In this document: positions 51,859 through 64,000 of the stretch, one piece after another
How the letters are laid out: every line of letters starts with the position of its first letter
Position numbering within the stretch: position 1 is the first letter of the stretch
Assembly (NCBI RefSeq): GCF_037042905.1
Contig: NC_087252.1
Location: 25,484,001-25,548,000 of the forward strand
Direction of reading: 5' to 3'
DNA length: 64,000 bases
Origin: Lytechinus pictus
Taxonomy: Eukaryota
The notes under the pieces: generated by a model
Seen by the model: only the letters and a program-made list of their open reading frames with translations
Databases searched by the model: none
Told to the model about the DNA's origin: nothing
Position numbers and translations under genes: made by a program

Positions 51859-52962
51859 AAGGGGCGCCAAACTGACCTTAAACTTCGGGGGGGGGGGGGG
51901 CGCCAAAGTGATGTTCGACCTAGTGGGCACCGAAATGATATTTCAATTAACTGGGGGCGCCAAATTGATATTCAACTGGGGCGTCAAACTGACATGTAAC
52001 GGGGGCACCAAACAGACCTAAAACTTGGGGGCGCCAAATTAATATTCGACCTCGGGGACGCCTAATTGACCTTAAACTTAGGGGGCGCCAAATTTTCCTG
52101 TAAGGAGGGCATACTAAACTGACCTACAACATTGGGGGGGGGGGGCGCCAAATTGACGTTCCACTTAGGGGGCGCCAAATTGACCTTAAGGAAGGGGCGC
52201 CAAACTGACCTTAAACATGGGGGCGCCAAATTGATGTTCCACATAGGGGGCGCTAGATTGATGTTCGACCTTGGGGGCGCCTAATTTATGTTCGACTTGG
52301 GGGGCGCCAAATTGATGTTCGATCTAGGGGACGCTAAATTGAACTGTTATGAGGGGGCGCCAAAATGACGTTAAACTTGTGGGAGCAAAATTGATGTTCG
52401 ACTTAGGGGGCGCCAAATTGTCCTGTTAGAAAGGGGCGCCAAACTGACCTTAAACATGGGGGCGCCAAATTGATGTTCTACAAAGGGGGCGCTAGATTGA
52501 TGATTGACCTTGGGGGCTCCTAATTTATGTTCGACTTGGGGGCGCCAAATTGATGTTCGATCTAGGGGACGCTAAATTGAACTGTTATGAGGGGGCGCCA
52601 AAATGACCTTAAACTTGGGGGAGCAAAATTGATGTTCGACTTAGGGGGCGCCAAATTGTCCTGTCAGAAAGGGGCGCCAAACTGACCTTAAACATGGGGG
52701 AGGGGCGCGCAAGTGGCGTTCCACCTAGGGGGCGCCAAATTGATGTTCGACCTTGGGGACGTCAAATTGATGTTCGACTTGGGGGGCACCAAATTGATGT
52801 TCGATCTATAGGGGGGCGCCAAATTGTCCTGTAAGGAGGGGCCCCAAATTTACCTTAAACATAGGGGCGCCAAGTTGATGTTCCACTTAGGGGCGCAAAA
52901 TTATGTTCGACCTAGGGGACGCCAAATTGATGTTCGACCTACATGTAGGGGGCGTCAAATTG
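51859..52962. repeat. Degenerate ~22-bp minisatellite (GGGGCGCCAAATTGATGTTCGAC)
   Basis: Dozens of GGGGCGCCAAA cores. A shorter array of the same unit lies at 62505-62780. Confidence 0.92.
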
Positions 52963-52965
52963 GCC

Positions 52966-52968
<3 letters not shown>

Positions 52969-53028
<60 letters not shown>
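52969..53028. repeat. (AT)n microsatellite, ~30 units
   Basis: Perfect dinucleotide run. Confidence 0.98.
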
Positions 53029-53031
<3 letters not shown>

Positions 53032-53438
53032 GGGGAGATCCAAAGAGATCCAAAGGACTGGAAGGGCTTGCCCTCCGCCCCCCCCCCCAAAAAAAAAGGG
53101 AAAATAAAAGGATGGAAAAGAAATGTTTCCTCTATTCTAACTGAGTCTATACATGTCATTTCCTTTCCCTTTTTTTGTATGTTTTATTGAAATAAATCAA
53201 TATAATTACAAGATTGGAATGAGTCGAAATAAGTACATAATGTACAAGGTAACTTCCTCTTTATCTTGCCACTTTTCCTCCCTTTCTTTTATTCATCTGT
53301 CATTCACCTCTCTTATTTTTTCATATTGTTTTCCAAATATATACCTTTTTTTCTATTCTTTGTCTTCTTGTTCTATTCCGTGTTCCACTTGTTATCCATC
53401 TTTATCCTGTTCGTTCCCCCTTTCCTTACCCCCCCCCC

Positions 53439-53480
<42 letters not shown>

Positions 53481-55484
53481 TCATGAGGGGCAGGCGAAGG
53501 GGATACCCCTCCAGTTTCACTGGATCCGTTTCTTTATCTTCAAATTCACTCTCCCATTTACCTTTTTCTTTATGTCTTATATCTTCCTTTTTTGTTTGTC
53601 TTTTTTCGGGGGGGGGGGGGGTTATGGCTCCTCTGGACCCCGGATCCGTTTTTCTTCTTTCTCTCTCTTTTTATTTATTTATTTTGGGGGATCCCCGGAT
53701 ACGTTTCTCTCTCTTTAACTCCTTTTTTAACACAGTGTTAATATGCTTTGTCCATTTCGTAACTGGGTCAAGAGTAACTCCAATATATTTGAATCTATCT
53801 TCGTTTTCCAATTTTAGATTTTTACATGATATATCAATTTTACATTTTTTGTATTTTCTTTACTGAGCCAAATATCATAACTTTGGTTTTGTCGACGTTA
53901 ATATACATTTCGTTTCTGTCCATCCAATCAATAATCATATCAAACTGTGATTGTAAATAATGTTTCAAATTCTCTTCAGTTTTTGTTTTACAAAATATTA
54001 CCGTATCATCAGCATATAAAGAGTTTTGAAGATGGTATAAAATCCATTTTGGCAATATCATTTATGAAAATACTAAAAATCAATGGGCCAAGGGTTGAAC
54101 CCTTATGGATTCCTGTTTTACCATTAACGAATCACTTAAAGTACTATTTATTGAAACACGTTGTATTCAGTGGCGTAACAGGCGGGGGGGGGGCAGGGTG
54201 GCAAGTTGCCCCCCCTGGCGGATTTCACCGGGAAAATAAAAGAAAAACGGGAGAAAGACAAAAAAGGAGGGAGAAAGAAAGGGAAAGGGGAAGGAAAGGG
54301 GAAAAGGAAAGGAGGAAAAGGAAAGGGAAAGAAAACGAAGTTTTTTTAATAGAAAAGGAAGGAAAGCGGGAAAATTTACGAAAGAAGAACATTTGAGAAA
54401 GAACAAATCATTCCGAAATAGGCCTATGTAATGCAATAGCACGGTGGGAAATAAAGTAAAAGATGACAAAATGGCAAACAATAGCGGGAAACGAAGGTAG
54501 AGAGTAATTAGTCAAAAGCTAAATTGGAAAACAAAGAAAAGGGAGAAGAAAAAATTATAACACGACCGGGCTGCCGATGATTGCAATTAAAGAGCGGGAA
54601 CAAAGATGGACTGCATACAACATTGTGCTATAAGCTTGCTTAATTTTATGCAAATAAGCTACTGGGGCTTTGCCCCAGACCTCACGCAGTAGGGGCTCTT
54701 CATTTATAACCTTCAAATGGATCTATAACGCCCCCCCCCCGTTCAATCACGTTCACTCACTGGCATACAGTCGGGGGGGGGGGGGGTGTCTTGGTTCCAC
54801 ACCCAAGAGAAAATAAAAGAAATTATACGAGACAACGTAAAATGAAATGAATGGAAACAATGAAATGTGTTTTTTGCTGAATATAATGGACAAATCTATC
54901 ACATGTTTAAAATTTCAATAGGCATTTTTTTTCTAGCTCGCTTTGCACGCTAGCGACTTTTTGCAAATTTTTTACACATAGCTATGTTTTGCCCACTCAA
55001 AATATTTGGTTCATTACGCAACTTGGGTTGAATAAATGTGTTGTGTAAAAACTATATTTTGTATATGCCCGCGATTTGATTAAAATAGCGGCAATCTGCG
55101 ACGTTTAAATGGCTTTGATATCAAGAAGTTCCGGGGGCTCCACCCCGGACCCGAACCGCACAGCACTGTGTATGGAAGGGTTGGGACATGGCCCCAAAAG
55201 TTCTACAAACAACAACAACAAAAAAGGAGGAAAGAAAAGCAAAGGAAAGGTGTAGGATATGATTTTATTTACTGAATATAATGGTAAAAAATAGCTCAAA
55301 TATAGATTCTCATAAAAGGTGATTTTTTTCTCGCTCGCTTCGCTCGCTCGGGACTTATATAAAGCAGCTTTTTAGCACATGTGCTATACTGCGCCCCTTG
55401 TTGTTTTTTTTTTGCTCTTCACGCTGCTGTTCACAGTGGCGTACAGACCACAAAAAAGGAATCTAAAAAGAGAAAAGTGAAATA

Positions 55485-56408
55485 CAGTGCGTCCCAGAAA
55501 AAACGAAACCGAGATTTATCGATGATTTATCACAACTTAAAGGTATTGTTTAACTTTGTGAGCAGCCGATTTAAAAAATTCTCAAACCAAGATGAAACAT
55601 GAGTACAAGTGCATGTATTAGAACTAATAAGCCCTGAAAACAACCATTATTGAGAATGAAAAGCTAAAACTACAAGGCAAAATAGTACCCTAAGTGTATG
55701 GGATGAAATTAAGATGGTGTTTCCGGTCACTTCATATTTCAAATTTTGAAGCACTAAATAATTATTTTCGAACGCAATTTTTTCTGGGCCTTCTAGCTCA
55801 GATTTTTCAAAAGTCGAACCAATGTTAACCAATCCATTTAATCACAAATACAATAGACAAATGACCTACCAATGTAAAGCTTAGAATCTCCTCTTTCATC
55901 TTAAATTACGTAGATTATTTCTCATTCACGCATGAGTGAGCAAAAAGAATTTGAAGAGCGGATACCCAAAAGTCATTTGGCGGGTTGTATCTGGATTCAA
56001 AAAGAAAATCACATTTTTGAAAAGTTCAATATCTGCTTTTTAATTTGATACCTCAATAACAGAAAATGGTCAAGAAATAACAAAGTTCTGGTTATTTGAA
56101 ATAAGGCTTGAATTTCAATAATTTCATAAAATGAAGAGGTTTTACAGGCTAGCGTTAAACTCACTCGACACTCCGTTTTGTTGGCGATCAGCCATGCATT
56201 AAGTCTTTGTTAACCATGCAAAGGCTTCTGTGGGAAACCGGTGAAAACACGTTTATCTAATTAAATTATGGAAATACAAGCATTGTTTCAAGGGAACATA
56301 ACTTTTTTACTTCTTGACCATTTTTCGTGATTAAGGTATCAAATAAAAGAGCAGATATTGAACTTTTTAGGCATGTGATTTTCTTTTTGAAACTCAGACA
56401 CCCCCAAA
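55485..56408 (+). mobile_element. Second, right-truncated copy of the Tc1/mariner-type MITE
   Basis: TA|CAGTGCGTCCCAGAAAAAACGAAACCGAG, collinear with 29194-30480. Confidence 0.88.
55541..55837. mobile_element. Kolobok-type MITE, TTAA TSD, inside the Tc1 MITE
   Basis: TTAA|AGGTATTGTTTAAC ... GTTAACCAATCCAT|TTAA. The empty site ACTTAATCAC is present in the 29194 copy. Confidence 0.8.
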
Positions 56409-56458
56409 GGAGAGTTAGTCGAGTGGAAATAAATGCCGAAAACCAGATTGGTTGTCAG

Positions 56459-56750
56459 CAGTGGCGTACCTAGGATTTTCCAAAGGAGAGGGGGCAAATT
56501 CGTCCGCCAAAAAAATTGACAAGCAAAGAAAAAAAAGTCTTCAACCACAAATAAATGATTTCGCACCAGAACAAAAAAATTGACAAGCTTAGAAGAAAAA
56601 GGTCTTCAAGTTCAAAGGAGCGATCCACTTGTGGGATCAGTTGTGACTCGTCAGGGGGGGGGGGGGGGAGGGATACGTCCCTTGCATGGGTTGTGACTCG
56701 TCAGGGGGCAGTCTGCCCCCTCTGCCCCCCCCCCCGTAGGTACGCTAATG
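56459..56750. mobile_element. hAT-like MITE, 8-bp TSD GTTGTCAG
   Basis: CAGTGGCGTACCTA ... TAGGTACGCTAATG, with a perfect TSD at 56451-56458 and 56751-56758. Confidence 0.9.
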
Positions 56751-57951
56751 GTTGTCAGTCAATAGAGGATGCTCATTTAAATATTCATATAACTGTTGGT
56801 GAATTCGTTTTTCTTTTTTACTTGGTATTGACAAAATAGATATGGGTCTATGATTGATCGGTTGTGTCTTATCGCCACCTTTGTATATGGGTATTATTTT
56901 TGATAGTTTAAAATCATTGGGTACACTTCCTGTTTTAAGTGAACAGTTTTATATATATATATGTTAGTGGTTTAACAATGATAATAGCAACAAATTTTAA
57001 CAACGTGGGATGTAAGCCATCAAGACCGTAGGCTTTACGCGTATCAATACTATTCAGTTTTTTTAATACAAAACCCTCTTTAATGTCTGAAAAAGAAAAG
57101 GTATCCTATGTGGTTGGTACATTTTGCATATAGTTGTCATCAGTATCTACATCATGTTGGCTTTGCGTACTGGAGCCCTTAATTTTATCTGCGAAACTAT
57201 TAAACATTTAATTAAATACATTACCAATTTCTACATTGCTTTCAATTTCCGCACCTTCATGTTCTATCTTAAAATTATTTTCAGACTCCGACTTTTTGGC
57301 TGGTAGGAGTTATTTAATTACTTTCTATTTTTGTTTTAGATCATTTTTCGCAAAATCTTTGAATTTGTTACAATAATATTCCCGTTTCGATTTTTCGTTC
57401 ATATTATTTATTATTGTTATTGTTATATTATTTATTATTCATTTATTATATTCTTTCCAAAAATATTCCATTTGTTTTATATCAAAAGTACATTTGCATT
57501 TATCAAATTTTGCTTTGTAAAAATCTCTATCTCTTGAAAGTAACAAATAATCATCTGTAATGAAATGTTTACTTAGAAACACATTAATCTTCAAGATTAC
57601 CAATAGTGTATAGAGTGTCCAGTTTAAGGTCGGAAAATCAATTTTGTAACTCGCGCTTCGCGAACGCGTCGATTGTTGAGATAATCATATTCATAATTGC
57701 AAATAATGCCCATAACGTCTAGTTTTAATCTCTGAAAATAGGAAATTATTAATGATAAATTATAATATTTAGGAAGGATTTTTCTTGCAAAAATGTTTTA
57801 GACTGTTGAGGTTGACTATATTGAAACAGAGAAAAAATAACCGACGCACCTTTTCGGCAAAATGGGGGGGGGGGGTCAGGGGCGTAGCTACGGGGGGGGG
57901 GGCGGGGCACGTAACCCCCACAAATGTCGTGTGCGCCCAGGTGCCCCCCCC

Positions 57952-57987
<36 letters not shown>

Positions 57988-58440
57988 GGATGCCAAAAAA
58001 AGCGAAAAAACCCAGGCATCTATCAGGCGACCATTTTTCAAAAAGAAAATTATCAATATTCAATATTTTGGTAACATTTTTTTAACGAAAAACAATCATA
58101 TTCATTTTAGACTTGATATTGTGTCAAAATTTCCTTCGTTAAATATTTCCTTCTTCGATTCACATCACCTGCCCTCTTGTATGGCGCACATCTCGGGCCC
58201 CTGCTACAGGTATACCTGTATCTGTACTTCTCCTCCCAGAACCCCCACCTGCCCGGTCCCTTCACTCCCTCACATTTTTTCTTCCAACAATTCCCGCGTT
58301 TCAGAATATGTCATAATTCATGTCAATATAATCACAGCACAAACATGGTTCAAACAGGTTTATTTTTGAGATATGCCAAAATTATTTTCCCCTGCCCCTG
58401 CATAATGGGGACACCGTCTCCCACACACTCCTCCGCTCTT

Positions 58441-59952
58441 ATTTCCACTCTTGATACATAACACACCGCATAATCACATCACAAATATGCACCAGCAATC
58501 TTGTTTTTGAGATGCACAATGCAAAATGTTCCCTGCTGTGGGAAACCCCCTCCCAGACCACCCCCGCTCGGTCGCTTTGCTCCCTCGCAATTGTCTCTTT
58601 TAAAAATACTTCCACTATTGAGTAGTACATAACACACCGCATAATCACATCACAAATATGCACCAGAAATCTTGTTTTTGAGATACAAAGCAAAATTTTC
58701 CCTGCTGTGGGACACCCCCCTCTAAAACCACCCCCCCCCCCGCTCGGTCGATTTGCTCCCTCGCAATTTTCTCTTTTAAAAATACTTCCACTATTGAGTA
58801 GTACATCACACACCACCTAATCACATCACAAATATGCACCAGAAATCTTGCTTTTGAGATGCACAATGCAAAATGTTCCCTGCTGTGGGACACCCCCCTC
58901 TAAAACCACCCCCCCCCCCCGGCTCGGTCGATTTGCTCCCTCGCAATTTTCTATTTTAACAATACTTCCACTATTGAGTGGTACATCACACACCACATAA
59001 TCACCACAAATATGCACCAGCAATCTTGTTTTTGAGATGCACAATGCAAAATGTTCCCTGCTGTGGGAAACCCCCTCCCAGACCACCCCCGCTCGGTCGC
59101 TTTGCTCCCTCGCAATTGTCTCTTTTAAAAATACTTCCACTATTGAGTAGTACATAACACACCGCATAATCACATCACAAATATGCACCAGAAATCTTGT
59201 TTTTGAGATACAAAGCAAAATTTTCCCTGCTGTGGGACACCCCCCTCTAAAACCACCCCCCCCCGCTCGGTCGATTTGCTCCCTCGCAATTTTCTCTTTT
59301 AAAAATACTTCCACTATTGAGTAGTACATCACACACCGCCTAATCCCATCACAAATATGCACCAGAAATCTTGGTTTTGAGATACAAAGCAAAATTTTCC
59401 CTGCTGTGGCACACCCCCCTCCCAGACCACCACCGCTCGGTCTCTTTGCTCCCTCGCAATTGTCTCTTTTAACAATACTTCCACTATTGAGTGGTACATC
59501 ACACACCACATAATCACATCACAAATATGCACCAGCAATCTTGTTTTTGAGATGCACAATGCAAAATGTTCCCTGCTGTGGGACACCCCCCTCTAAAACC
59601 ACCCCCCGGCTCGGTCGATTTGCTCCCTCGCAATTTTCTCTTTTAACAATACTTCCACTATTGAGTGGTACATCACACACCACATAATCACCACAAATAT
59701 GCACCAGCAATCTTGTTTTTGAGATGCACAATGCAAAATGTTCCCTGCTGTGGGAAACCCCCTCCCAGACCACCCCCGCTCGGTCGCTTTGCTCCCTCGC
59801 AATTGTCTCTTTTAAAAATACTTCCACTATTGAGTAGTACATAACACACCGCATAATCACATCACAAATATGCACCAGAAATCTTGTTTTTGAGATACAA
59901 AGCAAAATTTTCCCTGCTGTGGGACACCCCCCTCTAAAACCACCCCCCCCCG
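58441..59952. repeat. Satellite-like tandem array, ~170-178 bp unit, ~8.7 copies
   Basis: ACAAATATGCACCAG recurs at 58481, 58652, 58828, 59006, 59177, 59351, 59521, 59693 and 59864. Confidence 0.95.
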
Positions 59953-60255
59953 CTTCAATGAAAGGCTCCATGTGATTGGTCAAAGTGATAAGAACGAATT
60001 TCAGAATGGACTGAGCATATGTATGCTTTTAGATGACGTGAGATATTAGCATACGCGTTCTCAACTCATACGTATGCTACAAGCTGACGTATGGTACAAG
60101 CATACGCGTGCATAAAACCCAAATCAAGCTCGCTGATTGGTTTATTAGAGCACACGTACTCTTAACGGAGAACACGTACTCTTAACAAAGAACACGTACT
60201 CTTTTTTTAGCATACGTATGGTAGTTCACGTTTTTGGCACCATCGGCCTTCCATA

Positions 60256-61328
60256 CTCCACAGGTCCCTCACACGTTCACACCGACAGCAGCTCGAGAGG
60301 GACATCAAGCCCCACAGTTCCGGAAGTCCAGCCAAGGGCACGGCAGGAAGTAGAGAAACTACCAGATTTTGACAAGGTAGGAAAGACTCCCAATTAATCT
60401 ACCTAGATTTACACAGAATTATGATTTTCCAGTCGGCGGTCGACTGAAGCTTAATGTTCATAAATGGGGAGAGCTTACATCTGATTAATTTATTTTACAA
60501 GCTGTACAGGGTTACAAGCTTGAATTTGATCCACTAAAATTTCCCCCTGGAAGGGAAAGACCCCTTCATGAGTTTAAAAGAAATTCAGAAGAAACAGCAG
60601 TGATTACAAAGAGATAAATAAACTGCTGGAGAAAAATGTTATAGAATCATGTGATCATATCAAAGGGGAGTTTATATCGAATATTTTCACAAGGCCAAAG
60701 AAAAATGGCGGCCTACGGATCATATTAGATCTGTCAGAATTGAACAAAAGCATTTCATATTGCCATTTTAAGATGGACAATATAAGAACAGCTCTACCCC
60801 TCATTTCTCAAGATTATTATTTAGCTTCAGTTGACCTTCGAGATGCATATTTCACGGTACCTATCCACCCTAAGTCTAGAAAATATCTGAGATTTGTATG
60901 GCAGGGAAAATTATGGCAATTTCAAGCATTACCCAATGGGCTTAGCTCAGCACCAAGGCTTTTCACAAAACTGCTTAAACCTGTCTTTGCATCGCTCAGG
61001 GAGAAAGGCCATATTGTAATTGGATATCTAGATGACACTCTTATAGCCAAAACTGCTAAGAAATTAGAGGCAGCAGTTAAAGCAACTACTACTTTGCTTT
61101 CAGATTTGGGTTTTATTGATCATCCTGAAAAGTTTGTTTTAGATCCTACTTGTGAGATCACCTTTCTGGGGTTCAGTTTGAACACCCAAGACATGAGTGT
61201 CAGGCTTCCAAGGGAGAAGCAAGAAAACATTAAACAATCTTGTCATGAACTGATGGGTAATCAGAATCCGCAAACTAGAAAAGTTGCAAGAGTAATTGGG
61301 CAATTAGTAGCATCTTGTCCAGCTGTAC
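60256..61328 (+). mobile_element. DIRS-type retrotransposon continued: end of ORF1 and disrupted reverse transcriptase
   Basis: FPVGGRL..W..LTSD*FIL..VQGYKLEF, FISNIF.RPKKNGGLR.ILDL..LN, HFKM, SVDLRDAYFTVPI, LPNGLSSAPRLFTK, YLDD and FLGF. Cut at ASCPAV by the next insertion. Confidence 0.92.
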
Positions 61329-64000
61329 GGGGACATCCTGATAGACCGCAGGTCCGATAGACCGCGGGTCCGTTAGACCGCGGGTCCGATAGACCGCGGG
61401 TCCGATAGTCTGCGGGTCCGATAGACCGCGGGTCCGATAGTCCGCAGTGTGTGTAAAATTATGATCAGATATAATCAAATGTCATCGAGAGGTCCAAAGG
61501 TCAAATGATACAAGGCCACGGGGTTCTATCAGGTGCAGATCCATGGGGGGCCGAGGAAGAACTGCCTCACCCCCCAACCCCCAGCTCAAAAAAAGAGGGG
61601 GGAAGAGGGGAAAAGGGAGAGAATAAAAAAGAAAGAGGAAGATGGGAAAAGAAGAGAATAGAAAAGAGAGTAAGAAGGAGAAAGGAAGAGAAGAAAAAAA
61701 AGAGAAGAAAAAGGGGAAAGGAAAGACAAAGGAAATGGGAGAAGAAAAGGGGAAAGAAGAGAAAAAAGAGAGGAGGGAAAAGGAAGAGAAGAAAAGAAAG
61801 GAGAAAGGGAGAGAAGAAAAGAAAGGAGAAAGGAAAAGGAGGAAAAAGAAGAAAAAAAGAGGAAGGAAGAGAAGAATATTTAAATAGAGGAAGATGGGAA
61901 CAAAGATAAGAAAAAAGAGAGAGAGGAAGAGGGGAAAAGAAGAGAAGAAAAAGAGAGAGGAAGGGGGAGGGAGAGAAGAAGAAAAAAGATTAAAAGAAAA
62001 AAAAGGGGGAAAGGAAATAAAAAGAAAAGGGGAGAAGTAAAGGGGGAGAGAGAAAAAAGTGGAAGAGGGAAAAGAAAGAAAAGAAAAGAACGGAGTAAGG
62101 AAAAGGGGGAAAAGAAGAAGAAAAAAAGAGGAAGGAAGAGAATAATATTTAAAGAGAGAGGAAGATGGGAAAAGAGAAGAAAAAAAGAGAGAGTAAGGGG
62201 GGAGGAAGAGAAGAAAAACGAGAAAAGAGAGAGGAAGAGGGAAAGAAAAGACAGAAAAGGAGAAGAAAAGATGGGGGAAAAGGAGAAGAAAAGGGGGAAA
62301 GGAAGACAAGAAATGAAAGAAAAGGGGAAAATAAAGAGAAGAAAAAGAGAGAGAGAGAGGAGGAAAAGAAGAGAAGAAGAAAAGGGGAGAGGAAGAGGGG
62401 GAAAGAAAGAGAGAAAGAGAGAGAAAGGAATGAAGGGGAATGAGTATAAGAGAAAGAAAAAAAGAAAGAAAAGGAGATGGGAAACGGAAGAGGGATGTGA
62501 CCTGGACGTCGATTTGATGGCGCCAAAATGACGTTCGAACTATGGGGCGCCGAACTGATGTTTGAACTGGGAGGGGGGCGCCAAATTGATGTTCGAACTA
62601 GGGGAGCGCTAATTTGAATTTTGACCATAATGCGACAAATACATGTTTCAGAGAGGGGGAGGGAGGGCAAAGTTATATTTCACATGGAGGCGCCAAGTTT
62701 ATGTTTAACCGAGGGCGCCAAATTGACCTTGAACTTAGGGGGCTTCATGTAAATTCATTTTCGACCGGGGGCGCAACATTGCTCGTATTGCCTGTTTATA
62801 GTGAAATATATGTCCTGCCCAAAAAACTTAAATTAATGCGGCTGAATTAAAATATCCCGTTTTTACGATAACAGACAAAAAAAATGTTTTCGAGTTTTAA
62901 GTCTGTTTAGCGAGATAGATACCATGTTGAGGGTCACAAAAAAGGGTTCTTATCAAATTCAGCTCGCGCTACGCGCTCGCAATATTTGATGAATGAGGTA
63001 TGCATCCTCTGCCTCAATCCCACATGTAAGTGTTAGTGTTTTTCAAGTCAACATACATAGGCCGATCCAGGGGGCAAAGATTTTGCCCCCCCCCCCCATG
63101 GTGGCGCAAAAAAGGGGTAAGAAACAGAAGGAAAAAAAGAGAAAAAGGACAAGCAATTAAAATAGGAATTATACCTTAGTCCTTCTTATGTCAGTATATA
63201 AAAAAATTGAGCTCGCGCTTTGCGCTGGCATAAATAGATTGTTTAGTTATATACGCATCCCGACCTTACAGTTTTTTTATGCGAACGAGAAGCACAAGCT
63301 GAAAATATTTGATATTCTAACCTGACAACTGAAAATGTATTTTTCATTTCATCATTATAAAAGTTTTCAGCTAGCGCTTCGCGGTCGCATTCTTTCATCA
63401 TAACAACTACTAACATAGGCGGATCAAGGCGGCCCGAGGGCAACCCCCCCCCCCCTATTGACAGAGCAAATAAAATGGGAAAAAAGGGGAAATAAAAAGG
63501 GGGAAAGAAAGGAGAAAAAAGAAGACGAAACATAAAAGGAGGAAGACGAGTAAATGAAATAAGGTAAGGAGAAGACTTGGAAAACAATTTTTAAAAATAT
63601 TTAATGTCACTATATTAAAGTTTCGCTCGCGCATCGCGCTCGCATTGCCTGTTCGATAAGATACATATCTTGCTCAATATGCTGATATGTAGTTTAAAAA
63701 ATCAAGTTTTGATATCAATATACAAAACATAATTCAGCTCGTACATCGATCTTTCATTTTTTTTGTTTTATTTACCAATTTATGTTTTTAAGTGCCCTGG
63801 AAATGTCCGTTTTATAGGTTTTTGTATTTCATATAAGATTCTCTAAATATACCTTTTCAGGTATCTCGATTGTAAAAAAAAATGATAAAGGCCTATGAGC
63901 TAGCGCTGTGCGCTCGCATTTTGATTGGTGAGTTATGTATACCTATTTATTCTATAACAATTAAACTACTTAAATCCCCCCATTAAAAAATTCCGGATCG
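61329..64000 (+). mobile_element. Long non-autonomous element with 16-bp subterminal repeats and a GA-rich tract, inserted in the DIRS RT; runs off the window
   Basis: GGGGACATCC terminus then (CGATAGACCGCGGGTC)x~7; polypurine tract 61585-62495; inverted homology to 10380-12645. Confidence 0.88.

Larger units (their letters stand above)
53720..57600 (-). mobile_element. Decayed CR1/L2-group LINE RT region in pieces (53720-54167 and ~56405-57600)
   Basis: Minus-strand motifs KAYGLDGLHPTLLK, RPISILS, NQSGFR, QRVSIN, G..GSTLGPLIFSIFIND, LYADDT, N.DKTKVMIF and YIGVTLD. Confidence 0.8.
50826..60255. mobile_element. IS3EU-like non-autonomous DNA transposon (9.4 kb including nested cargo)
   Basis: ~190 bp near-perfect TIRs starting TATGGAAGGCCGAT and ending ATCGGCCTTCCATA, with three 20-bp AAGAGTACGTGT subrepeats. 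6-bp TSD CTCCAC at 50820-50825 and 60256-60261. Confidence 0.85.

Noticed and set aside
51859..52962. CRISPR-like array (also considered for 25930-26310 and 58441-59952)
   Set aside because: Eukaryotic context, degenerate repeats, spacers related to one another, and no cas genes.
58439..59983. Repetitive ORFs of up to 227 aa
   Set aside because: Translations of the satellite; frames shift with poly-C length.
50826..60255. Polinton/Maverick (6-bp TSD, long TIR)
   Set aside because: Termini are TATGG rather than AG-type, and there are no polB, integrase or capsid remnants.

Overview
AT-rich eukaryotic (animal) genomic DNA, most likely an echinoderm/sea urchin. This is inferred from the repeat repertoire (a TU-like foldback element and a tRNA-derived SINE with an L2-type tail) and is not proven. 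Only one host coding region is supported: a ~5 kb uninterrupted minus-strand exon encoding a GVIN1/URGCP-family very large GTPase (20373-25336), apparently entered through a phase-1 splice acceptor. Almost everything else is repetitive. There is a ~2.05 kb tandem array (1-13440) and decayed LINEs of the L1/Tx1, L2/CR1 and RNase H-bearing I/Nimb types. A 6.7 kb TU-like foldback element carries a Harbinger deletion derivative and an unusual solo-LTR-like unit with an internal intron-like duplication. A DIRS-type retrotransposon is split by nested insertions, including a 9.4 kb IS3EU-like element (TATGG termini, 6-bp TSD) that holds up to six nesting levels and a ~171-178 bp satellite. Most short ORFs in the track are artefacts of low-complexity or repeat DNA. 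All family assignments come from motif and terminus recognition by eye; no searches were run.
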